This document shows positions 41,601 to 54,056 of a stretch of DNA of 64,000 nucleotides, one piece after another (within the stretch, counting starts at the first letter, position 1; every line of letters begins with the position of its first letter). The notes under the pieces were generated by a model that saw only the letters and a list, made by a program, of their open reading frames with translations, was not told the origin of the DNA and did not search any database. Both the position numbers and the translations under genes were made by a program. Source of the stretch: Auanema rhodensis (taxonomy: Eukaryota; Animalia; Nematoda); NCBI GenBank assembly GCA_964057225.1, contig OZ059896.1, forward strand, positions 3,100,001-3,164,000, given 5' to 3'.

Positions 41601-43875
41601 TTGGAAGCATTGTTGAGTGTACATGGAAACTCAACATACACTAATGCATCATTTTTCAAACGATCATAACTAATTTTTGTATTGAGCGTTTCTCCATGTT
41701 GTATAGTGCATTCGATGCGGATTTTTAAGCTGCGTCGATCTGTGTTATCAGATTTGCGCTAGCTTGAAAATGCACCGAGATATCAACTGATATAGGTTCA
41801 CACTTATATCCTCGATTTTCACCGTGAAGAATTAATTTTTTTGTTGAATAACAATGTCCATCGTCTTTGTCTTGAAAAAAGGAATCTAAAAACATCTACT
41901 TTTTGTGAAATTATTTTGAAATTTTTCGGGAAAATTTTTGTCAAAATGTTTTTGGAAGCAATGTTGAGTGTACATGGAAACTCAACATACACTAATGCAT
42001 CATTTTTCAAACGATCATAACTAATTTTTGTATTGAGCGTTTCTCCATGTAGTATAGTGCATTCGATGCGGATTTTTAAGCTGCGTCGATCTGTATTATC
42101 AGATTTGCGCTAGCTTGAAAATGCACCGAGATATCAACTGATATAGGTTCACACTTATATCCTCGATTTTCACCGTGAAGAATTAATTTTTTTGTTGAAT
42201 AACAATGTCCATCGTCTTTGTCTTGAAAAAAGGAATCTAAAAACATCTACTTTTTGTGAAATTATTTTGAAATTTTTCGGGAAAATTTTTGTCAAAATGT
42301 TTTTGGAAGCATTGTTGAGTGTACATGGAAACTCAACATACACTAATGCATCATTTTTCAAACGATCATAACTAATTTTTGTATTGAGCGTTTCTCCATG
42401 TAGTATAGTGCATTCGATGCGGATTTTTAAGCTGCGTCGATCTGTGTTATCAGATTTGCGCTAGCTTGAAAATGCACCGAGATATCAACTGATATAGGTT
42501 CACACTTATATCCTCGATTTTCACCGTGAAGAATTAATTTTTTTGTTGAATAACAATGTCCATCGTCTTTGTCTTGAAAAAAGGAATCTAAAAACATCTA
42601 CTTTTTGTGAAATTATTTTGAAATTTTTCGGGAAAATTTTTGTCAAAATGTTTTTGGAAGCATTGTTGAGTGTACATGGAAACTCAACATACACTAATGC
42701 ATCATTTTTCAAACAATCATAACTAATTTTTGTATTAAGCGTTTCTCAATGTAGTATAGTGCATTCGATGCGGATTTTTAAGCTGCGTCGATCTGTGTTA
42801 TCAGATTTGCGCTAGCTTGAAAATGCACCGAGATATCAACTGATATAGGTTCACACTTATATCCTCGATTTTCACCCTGAAGATTTAATTTTTTCGTTGA
42901 ATAACATTGTCCATCGTCTTTGTCTTGAAAAAAGGAATCTAAAAACATCTACTTTTTGTGAAATTATTTTGAAATTTTTCGGGAAAATTTTTGTCAAAAT
43001 GTTTTTGGAAGCATTGTTGAGTGTACATGAAAACTCAACATACACTAATGCATCATTTTTCAAACGATCATAACTAATTTTTGTATTGAGCGTTTCTCCA
43101 TGTAGTATAGTGCATTCGATGCGGATTTTCAAGCTGCGTCGATCTGTGTTATCAGATTTGCGCTAGCTTGAAAATGCACCGAGATATCAACTGATATAGG
43201 TTCACACTTATATCCTCGATTTTCACCGTGAAGAATTAATTTTTTTGTTGAATAACAATGTCCATCGTCTTTGTCTTGAAAAAAGGAATCTAAAAACATC
43301 TACTTTTTGTGAAATTATTTTGAAATTTTTCGGGAAAATTTTTGTCAAAATGTTTTTGGAAGCAATGTTGAGTGTACATGGAAACTCAACATACACTAAT
43401 GCATCATTTTTCAAACGATCATAACTAATTTTTGTATTGAGCGTTTCTACATGTAGTATAGTGCATTCGATGCGGATTTTTAAGCTGCGTCGATCTGTGT
43501 TATCAGATTTGCGCTAGCTTGAAAATGCACCGAGATATCAACTGATATAGGTTCACACTTATATCCTCGATTTTCACCGTGAAGAATTAATTTTTTTGTT
43601 GAATAACAATGTCCATCGTCTTTGTCTTGAAAAAAGGAATCTAAAAACATCTACTTTTTGTGAAATTATTTTGAAATTTTTCGGGAAAATTTTTGTCAAA
43701 ATGTTTTTGGAAGCAATGTTGAGTGTACATGGAAACTCAACATACACTAATGCATCATTTTTCAAACGATCATAACTAATTTTTGTATTGAGCGTTTCTC
43801 CATGTAGTATAGTGCATTCGATGCGGATTTTTAAGCTGCGTCGATCTGTATTATCAGATTTGCGCTAGCTTGAAA

Positions 43876-46800
43876 ATGCACCGAGATATCAACTGATATA
43901 GGTTCACACTTATATCCTCGATTTTCACCGTGAAGAATTAATTTTTTTGTTGAATGACAATGTCCATCGTCTTTGTCTTGAAAAAAGGAATCTAAAAACA
44001 TCTACTTTTTGTGAAATTATTTTGAAATTTTTCGGGAAAATTTTTGTCAAAATGTTTTTGGAAGCAATGTTGAGTGTACATGGAAACTCAACATACACTA
44101 ATGCATCATTTTTCAAACGATCATAACTAATTTTTGTATTGAGCGTTTCTCCATGTAGTATAGTGCATTCGATGCGGATTTTTAAGCTGCGTCGATCTGT
44201 GTTATCAGATTTGCGCTAGCTTGAAAATGCACCGAGATATCAACTGATATAGGTTCACACTTATATCCTCGATTTTCACCGTGAAGAATTAATTTTTTTG
44301 TTGAATAACAATGTCCATCGTCTTTGTCTTGAAAAAAGAAATCTAAAAACATCTACTTTTTGTGAAATTATTTTGAAATTTTTCGGGAAAATTTTTGTCA
44401 AAATGTTTTTGGAAGCAATGTTGAGTGTACATGGAAACTCAACATACACTAATGCATCATTTTTCAAACGATCATAACTAATTTTTGTATTGAGCGTTTC
44501 TCCATGTAGTATAGTGCATTCGATGCGGATTTTTAAGCTGCGTCGATCTGTGTTATCAGATTTGCGCTAGCTTGAAAATGCACCGAGATATCAACTGATA
44601 TAGGTTCACACTTATATCCTCGATTTTCACCGTGAAGAATTAATTTTTTTGTTGAATAACAATGTCCATCGTCTTTGTCTTGAAAAAAGAAATCTAAAAA
44701 CATCTACTTTTTGTGAAATTATTTTGAAATTTTTCGGGAAAATTTTTGTCAAAATGTTTTTGGAAGCAATGTTGAGTGTACATGGAAACTCAACATACAC
44801 TAATGCATCATTTTTCAAACGATCATAACTAATTTTTGTATTGAGCGTTTCTCCATGTAGTATAGTGCATTCGATGCGGATTTTTAAGCTGCGTCGATCT
44901 GTATTATCAGATTTGCGCTAGCTTGAAAATGCACCGAGATATCAACTGATATAGGTTCACACTTATATCCTCGATTTTCACCGTGAAGAATTAATTTTTT
45001 TGTTGAATAACAATGTCCATCGTCTTTGTCTTGAAAAAAGGAATCTAAAAACATCTACTTTTTGTGAAATTATTTTGAAATTTTTCGGGAAAATTTTTGT
45101 CAAAATGTTTTTGGAAGCATTGTTGAGTGTACATGGAAACTCAACATACACTAATGCATCATTTTTCAAACGATCATAACTAATTTTTGTATTGAGCGTT
45201 TCTCCATGTAGTATAGTGCATTCGATGCGGATTTTTAAGCTGCGTCGATCTGTGTTATCAGATTTGCGCTAGCTTGAAAATGCACCGAGATATCAACTGA
45301 TATAGGTTCACACTTATATCCTCGATTTTCACCGTGAAGAATTAATTTTTTTGTTGAATAACAATGTCCATCGTCTTTGTCTTGAAAAAAGGAATCTAAA
45401 AACATCTACTTTTTGTGAAATTATTTTGAAATTTTTCGGGAAAATTTTTGTCAAAATGTTTTTGGAAGCATTGTTGAGTGTACATGGAAACTCAACATAC
45501 ACTAATGCATCATTTTTCAAACAATCATAACTAATTTTTGTATTAAGCGTTTCTCAATGTAGTATAGTGCATTCGATGCGGATTTTTAAGCTGCGTCGAT
45601 CTGTGTTATCAGATTTGCGCTAGCTTGAAAATGCACCGAGATATCAACTGATATAGGTTCACACTTATATCCTCGATTTTCACCGTGAAGAATTAATTTT
45701 TTTGTTGAATAACAATGTCCATCGTCTTTGTCTTGAAAAAAGAAATCTAAAAACATCTACTTTTTGTGAAATTATTTTGAAATTTTTCGGGAAAATTTTT
45801 GTCAAAATGTTTTTGGAAGCAATGTTGAGTGTACATGGAAACTCAACATACACTAATGCATCATTTTTCAAACGATCATAACTAATTTTTGTATTGAGCG
45901 TTTCTCCATGTAGTATAGTGCATTCGATGCGGATTTTTAAGCTGCGTCGATCTGTGTTATCAGATTTGCGCTAGCTTGAAAATGCACCGAGATATCAACT
46001 GATATAGGTTCACACTTATATCCTCGATTTTCACCGTGAAGAATTAATTTTTTTGTTGAATGACAATGTCCATCGTCTTTGTCTTGAAAAAAGGAATCTA
46101 AAAACATCTACTTTTTGTGAAATTATTTTGAAATTTTTCGGGAAAATTTTTGTCAAAATGTTTTTGGAAGCAATGTTGAGTGTACATGGAAACTCAACAT
46201 ACACTAATGCATCATTTTTCAAACGATCATAACTAATTTTTGTATTGAGCGTTTCTCCATGTAGTATAGTGCATTCGATGCGGATTTTTAAGCTGCGTCG
46301 ATCTGTGTTATCAGATTTGCGCTAGCTTGAAAATGCACCGAGATATCAACTGATATAGGTTCACACTTATATCCTCGATTTTCACCGTGAAGAATTAATT
46401 TTTTTGTTGAATAACAATGTCCATCGTCTTTGTCTTGAAAAAAGAAATCTAAAAACATCTACTTTTTGTGAAATTATTTTGAAATTTTTCGGGAAAATTT
46501 TTGTCAAAATGTTTTTGGAAGCAATGTTGAGTGTACATGGAAACTCAACATACACTAATGCATCATTTTTCAAACGATCATAACTAATTTTTGTATTGAG
46601 CGTTTCTCCATGTAGTATAGTGCATTCGATGCGGATTTTTAAGCTGCGTCGATCTGTGTTATCAGATTTGCGCTAGCTTGAAAATGCACCGAGATATCAA
46701 CTGATATAGGTTCACACTTATATCCTCGATTTTCACCGTGAAGAATTAATTTTTTTGTTGAATAACAATGTCCATCGTCTTTGTCTTGAAAAAAGAAATC

Positions 46801-48087
46801 TAAAAACATCTACTTTTTGTGAAATTATTTTGAAATTTTTCGGGAAAATTTTTGTCAAAATGTTTTTGGAAGCAATGTTGAGTGTACATGGAAACTCAAC
46901 ATACACTAATGCATCATTTTTCAAACGATCATAACTAATTTTTGTATTGAGCGTTTCTCCATGTAGTATAGTGCATTCGATGCGGATTTTTAAGCTGCGT
47001 CGATCTGTATTATCAGATTTGCGCTAGCTTGAAAATGCACCGAGATATCAACTGATATAGGTTCACACTTATATCCTCGATTTTCACCGTGAAGAATTAA
47101 TTTTTTTGTTGAATAACAATGTCCATCGTCTTTGTCTTGAAAAAAGGAATCTAAAAACATCTACTTTTTGTGAAATTATTTTGAAATTTTTCGGGAAAAT
47201 TTTTGTCAAAATGTTTTTGGAAGCATTGTTGAGTGTACATGGAAACTCAACATACACTAATGCATCATTTTTCAAACGATCATAACTAATTTTTGTATTG
47301 AGCGTTTCTCCATGTAGTATAGTGCATTCGATGCGGATTTTTAAGCTGCGTCGATCTGTGTTATCAGATTTGCGCTAGCTTGAAAATGCACCGAGATATC
47401 AACTGATATAGGTTCACACTTATATCCTCGATTTTCACCGTGAAGAATTAATTTTTTTGTTGAATAACAATGTCCATCGTCTTTGTCTTGAAAAAAGGAA
47501 TCTAAAAACATCTACTTTTTGTGAAATTATTTTGAAATTTTTCGGGAAAATTTTTGTCAAAATGTTTTTGGAAGCATTGTTGAGTGTACATGGAAACTCA
47601 ACATACACTAATGCATCATTTTTCAAACAATCATAACTAATTTTTGTATTAAGCGTTTCTCAATGTAGTATAGTGCATTCGATGCGGATTTTTAAGCTGC
47701 GTCGATCTGTGTTATCAGATTTGCGCTAGCTTGAAAATGCACCGAGATATCAACTGATATAGGTTCACACTTATATCCTCGATTTTCACCGTGAAGAATT
47801 AATTTTTTTGTTGAATAACAATGTCCATCGTCTTTGTCTTGAAAAAAGAAATCTAAAAACATCTACTTTTTGTGAAATTATTTTGAAATTTTTCGGGAAA
47901 ATTTTTGTCAAAATGTTTTTGGAAGCAATGTTGAGTGTACATGGAAACTCAACATACACTAATGCATCATTTTTCAAACGATCATAACTAATTTTTGTAT
48001 TGAGCGTTTCTCCATGTAGTATAGTGCATTCGATGCGGATTTTTAAGCTGCGTCGATCTGTGTTATCAGATTTGCGCTAGCTTGAAA
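43876..48087. repeat. 6-mer higher-order repeat (2106 bp) x2
   Basis: The ORF variant series 43925-45680 repeats at 46031-47786 (GAATGACA marker, paired GCATTGTTG monomers, AACAATC...TTAAGCG marker). Confidence 0.85.
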
Positions 48088-51000
48088 ATGCACCGAGATA
48101 TCAACTGATATAGGTTCACACTTATATCCTCGATTTTCACCGTGAAGAATTAATTTTTTTGTTGAATAACAATGTCCATCGTCTTTGTCTTGAAAAAAGA
48201 AATCTAAAAACATCTACTTTTTGTGAAATTATTTTGAAATTTTTCGGGAAAATTTTTGTCAAAATGTTTTTGGAAGCAATGTTGAGTGTACATGGAAACT
48301 CAACATACACTAATGCATCATTTTTCAAACGATCATAACTAATTTTTGTATTGAGCGTTTCTCCATGTAGTATAGTGCATTCGATGCGGATTTTTAAGCT
48401 GCGTCGATCTGTATTATCAGATTTGCGCTAGCTTGAAAATGCACCGAGATATCAACTGATATAGGTTCACACTTATATCCTCGATTTTCACCGTGAAGAA
48501 TTAATTTTTTTGTTGAATAACAATGTCCATCGTCTTTGTCTTGAAAAAAGGAATCTAAAAACATCTACTTTTTGTGAAATTATTTTGAAATTTTTCGGGA
48601 AAATTTTTGTCAAAATGTTTTTGGAAGCATTGTTGAGTGTACATGGAAACTCAACATACACTAATGCATCATTTTTCAAACGATCATAACTAATTTTTGT
48701 ATTGAGCGTTTCTCCATGTAGTATAGTGCATTCGATGCGGATTTTTAAGCTGCGTCGATCTGTGTTATCAGATTTGCGCTAGCTTGAAAATGCACCGAGA
48801 TATCAACTGATATAGGTTCACACTTATATCCTCGATTTTCACCGTGAAGAATTAATTTTTTTGTTGAATAACAATGTCCATCGTCTTTGTCTTGAAAAAA
48901 GGAATCTAAAAACATCTACTTTTTGTGAAATTATTTTGAAATTTTTCGGGAAAATTTTTGTCAAAATGTTTTTGGAAGCATTGTTGAGTGTACATGGAAA
49001 CTCAACATACACTAATGCATCATTTTTCAAACAATCATAACTAATTTTTGTATTAAGCGTTTCTCAATGTAGTATAGTGCATTCGATGCGGATTTTTAAG
49101 CTGCGTCGATCTGTGTTATCAGATTTGCGCTAGCTTGAAAATGCACCGAGATATCAACTGATATAGGTTCACACTTATATCCTCGATTTTCACCGTGAAG
49201 AATTAATTTTTTTGTTGAATAACAATGTCCATCGTCTTTGTCTTGAAAAAAGGAATCTAAAAACATCTACTTTTTGTGAAATTATTTTGAAATTTTTCGG
49301 GAAAATTTTTGTCAAAATGTTTTTGGAAGCAATGTTGAGTGTACATGGAAACTCAACATACACTAATGCATCATTTTTCAAACGATCATAACTAATTTTT
49401 GTATTGAGCGTTTCTCCATGTAGTATAGTGCATTCGATGCGGATTTTTAAGCTGCGTCGATCTGTATTATCAGATTTGCGCTAGCTTGAAAATGCACCGA
49501 GATATCAACTGATATAGGTTCACACTTATATCCTCGATTTTCACCGTGAAGAATTAATTTTTTTGTTGAATGACAATGTCCATCGTCTTTGTCTTGAAAA
49601 AAGGAATCTAAAAACATCTACTTTTTGTAAATTTATTCTGAAATTTTTCGGGAAAATGTTTGTCAAAATGTTTTTGGAAGCAATGTTGAGTGTACATGGA
49701 AACTCAACATACACTAATGCATCATTTTTCAAACAATCATAACTAATTTTTGTATTGAGCGTTTTTTAATGTAGTATAGTACATTCGATGCGGATTTTTA
49801 AGCTGCGTCGATCTGTGTTATCAGATTTGCGCTAGCTTAAAAATGAACCGAGATATCAACTGATATAGGTTCACACTTATATCCTCGATTTTCACCCTGA
49901 AGATTTAATTTTTTCGTTGAATAACATTGTCCATCGTCTTTGTCTTGAAAAAAGGAATCTAAAAACATCTACTTTTTGTGAAATTATTTTGAAATTTTTC
50001 GGGAAAATTTTTGTCAAAATGTTTTTGGAAGCAATGTTGAGTGTACATGGAAACTCAACATACACTAATGCATCATTTTTCAAACGATCATAACTAATTT
50101 TTGTATTGAGCGTTTCTCCATGTAGTATAGTGCATTCGATGCGGATTTTTAAGCTGCGTCGATCTGTGTTATCAGATTTGCGCTAGCTTGAAAATGCACC
50201 GAGATATCAACTGATATAGGTTCACACTTATATCCTCGATTTTCACCGTGAAGAATTAATTTTTTTGTTGAATAACAATGTCCATCGTCTTTGTCTTGAA
50301 AAAAGAAATCTAAAAACATCTACTTTTTGTGAAATTATTTTGAAATTTTTCGGGAAAATTTTTGTCAAAATGTTTTTGGAAGCAATGTTGAGTGTACATG
50401 GAAACTCAACATACACTAATGCATCATTTTTCAAACGATCATAACTAATTTTTGTATTGAGCGTTTCTCCATGTAGTATAGTGCATTCGATGCGGATTTT
50501 TAAGCTGCGTCGATCTGTATTATCAGATTTGCGCTAGCTTGAAAATGCACCGAGATATCAACTGATATAGGTTCACACTTATATCCTCGATTTTCACCGT
50601 GAAGAATTAATTTTTTTGTTGAATAACAATGTCCATCGTCTTTGTCTTGAAAAAAGGAATCTAAAAACATCTACTTTTTGTGAAATTATTTTGAAATTTT
50701 TCGGGAAAATTTTTGTCAAAATGTTTTTGGAAGCATTGTTGAGTGTACATGGAAACTCAACATACACTAATGCATCATTTTTCAAACGATCATAACTAAT
50801 TTTTGTATTGAGCGTTTCTCCATGTAGTATAGTGCATTCGATGCGGATTTTTAAGCTGCGTCGATCTGTGTTATCAGATTTGCGCTAGCTTGAAAATGCA
50901 CCGAGATATCAACTGATATAGGTTCACACTTATATCCTCGATTTTCACCGTGAAGAATTAATTTTTTTGTTGAATAACAATGTCCATCGTCTTTGTCTTG

Positions 51001-54000
51001 AAAAAAGGAATCTAAAAACATCTACTTTTTGTGAAATTATTTTGAAATTTTTCGGGAAAATTTTTGTCAAAATGTTTTTGGAAGCATTGTTGAGTGTACA
51101 TGGAAACTCAACATACACTAATGCATCATTTTTCAAACAATCATAACTAATTTTTGTATTAAGCGTTTCTCAATGTAGTATAGTGCATTCGATGCGGATT
51201 TTTAAGCTGCGTCGATCTGTGTTATCAGATTTGCGCTAGCTTGAAAATGCACCGAGATATCAACTGATATAGGTTCACACTTATATCCTCGATTTTCACC
51301 CTGAAGATTTAATTTTTTCGTTGAATAACATTGTCCATCGTCTTTGTCTTGAAAAAAGGAATCTAAAAACATCTACTTTTTGTGAAATTATTTTGAAATT
51401 TTTCGGGAAAATTTTTGTCAAAATGTTTTTGGAAGCATTGTTGAGTGTACATGAAAACTCAACATACACTAATGCATCATTTTTCAAACGATCATAACTA
51501 ATTTTTGTATTGAGCGTTTCTCCATGTAGTATAGTGCATTCGATGCGGATTTTCAAGCTGCGTCGATCTGTGTTATCAGATTTGCGCTAGCTTGAAAATG
51601 CACCGAGATATCAACTGATATAGGTTCACACTTATATCCTCGATTTTCACCGTGAAGAATTAATTTTTTTGTTGAATAACAATGTCCATCGTCTTTGTCT
51701 TGAAAAAAGGAATCTAAAAACATCTACTTTTTGTGAAATTATTTTGAAATTTTTCGGGAAAATTTTTGTCAAAATGTTTTTGGAAGCAATGTTGAGTGTA
51801 CATGGAAACTCAACATACACTAATGCATCATTTTTCAAACGATCATAACTAATTTTTGTATTGAGCGTTTCTCCATGTAGTATAGTGCATTCGATGCGGA
51901 TTTTTAAGCTGCGTCGATCTGTGTTATCAGATTTGCGCTAGCTTGAAAATGCACCGAGATATCAACTGATATAGGTTCACACTTATATCCTCGATTTTCA
52001 CCGTGAAGAATTAATTTTTTTGTTGAATAACAATGTCCATCGTCTTTGTCTTGAAAAAAGGAATCTAAAAACATCTACTTTTTGTGAAATTATTTTGAAA
52101 TTTTTCGGGAAAATTTTTGTCAAAATGTTTTTGGAAGCAATGTTGAGTGTACATGGAAACTCAACATACACTAATGCATCATTTTTAAACGATCATAACT
52201 AATTTTTGTATTGAGTGTTTCCCAATGTAGTATAGTACATTCGATGCGGATTTTTAAGCTGCGTCGATCTGTGTTATCAGATTTGCGCTAGCTTAAAAAT
52301 GAACCGAGATATCAACTGATATAGGTTCACACTTATATCCTCGATTTTCACCCTGAAGATTAAATTTTTTCGTTGAATAACATTGTCCATCGTCTTTGTC
52401 TTGAAAAAAGGAATCTAAAAACATCTACTTTTTGTGAAATTATTTTGAAATTGTTCGGGAAAATTTTTGTCAAAATGTTTTTGGAAGCATTGTTGAGTGT
52501 ACATGGAAACTCAACATACACTAATGCATCATTTTTCAAACGATCATAACTAATTTTTGTATTGAGCGTTTCTCCATGTAGTATAGTACATTCGATGCGG
52601 ATTTTTAAGCTGCGTCGATCTGTGTTATCAGATTTGCGCTAGCTTAAAAATGAACCGAGATATCAACTGATATAGGTTCACACTTATATCCTCGATTTTC
52701 ACCCTGAAGATTTAATTTTTTCGTTGAATAACATTGTCCATCGTCTTTGTCTTGAAAAAAGGAATCTAAAAACATCTACTTTTTGTGAAATTATTTTGAA
52801 ATTGTTCGGGAAAATTTTTGTCAAAATGTTTTTGGAAGCATTGTTGAGTGTACATGGAAACTCAACATACACTAATGCATCATTTTTCAAACGATCATAA
52901 CTAATTTTTGTATTGAGCGTTTCTCCATGTAGTATAGTGCATTCGATGCGGATTTTTAAGCTGCGTCGATCTGTGTTATCAGATTTGCGCTAGCTTGAAA
53001 ATGCACCGAGATATCAACTGATATAGGTTCACACTTATATCCTCGATTTTCACCGTGAAGAATTAATTTTTTTTTGTTGAATAACAATGTCCATCGTCTT
53101 TGTCTTGAAAAAAGGAATCTAAAAACATCTACTTTTTGTGAAATTATTTTGAAATTTTTCGGGAAAATTTTTGTCAAAATGTTTTTGGAAGCAATGTTGA
53201 GTGTACATGGAAACTCAACATACACTAATGCATCATTTTTCAAACGATCATAACTAATTTTTGTATTGAGCGTTTCTCCATGTAGTATAGTGCATTCGAT
53301 GCGGATTTTTAAGCTGCGTCGATCTGTGTTATCAGATTTGCGCTAGCTTGAAAATGCACCGAGATATCAACTGATATAGGTTCACACTTATATCCTCGAT
53401 TTTCACCGTGAAGAATTAATTTTTTTGTTGAATAACAATGTCCATCGTCTTTGTCTTGAAAAAAGGAATCTAAAAACATCTACTTTTTGTGAAATTATTT
53501 TGAAATTTTTCGGGAAAATTTTTGTCAAAATGTTTTTGGAAGCAATGTTGAGTGTACATGGAAACTCAACATACACTAATGCATCATTTTTAAACGATCA
53601 TAACTAATTTTTGTATTGAGTGTTTCCCAATGTAGTATAGTACATTCGATGCGGATTTTTAAGCTGCGTCGATCTGTGTTATCAGATTTGCGCTAGCTTG
53701 AAAATGCACCGAGATATCAACTGATATAGGTTCACACTTATATCCTCGATTTTCACCGTGAAGAATTAATTTTTTTTTGTTGAATAACAATGTCCATCGT
53801 CTTTGTCTTGAAAAAAGGAATCTAAAAACATCTACTTTTTGTGAAATTATTTTGAAATTTTTCGGGAAAATTTTTGTCAAAATGTTTTTGGAAGCATTGT
53901 TGAGTGTACATGGAAACTCAACATACACTAATGCATCATTTTTCAAACGATCATAACTAATTTTTGTATTGAGCGTTTCTCCATGTAGTATAGTGCATTC

Positions 54001-54056
54001 GATGCGGATTTTTAAGCTGCGTCGATCTGTGTTATCAGATTTGCGCTAGCTTGAAA

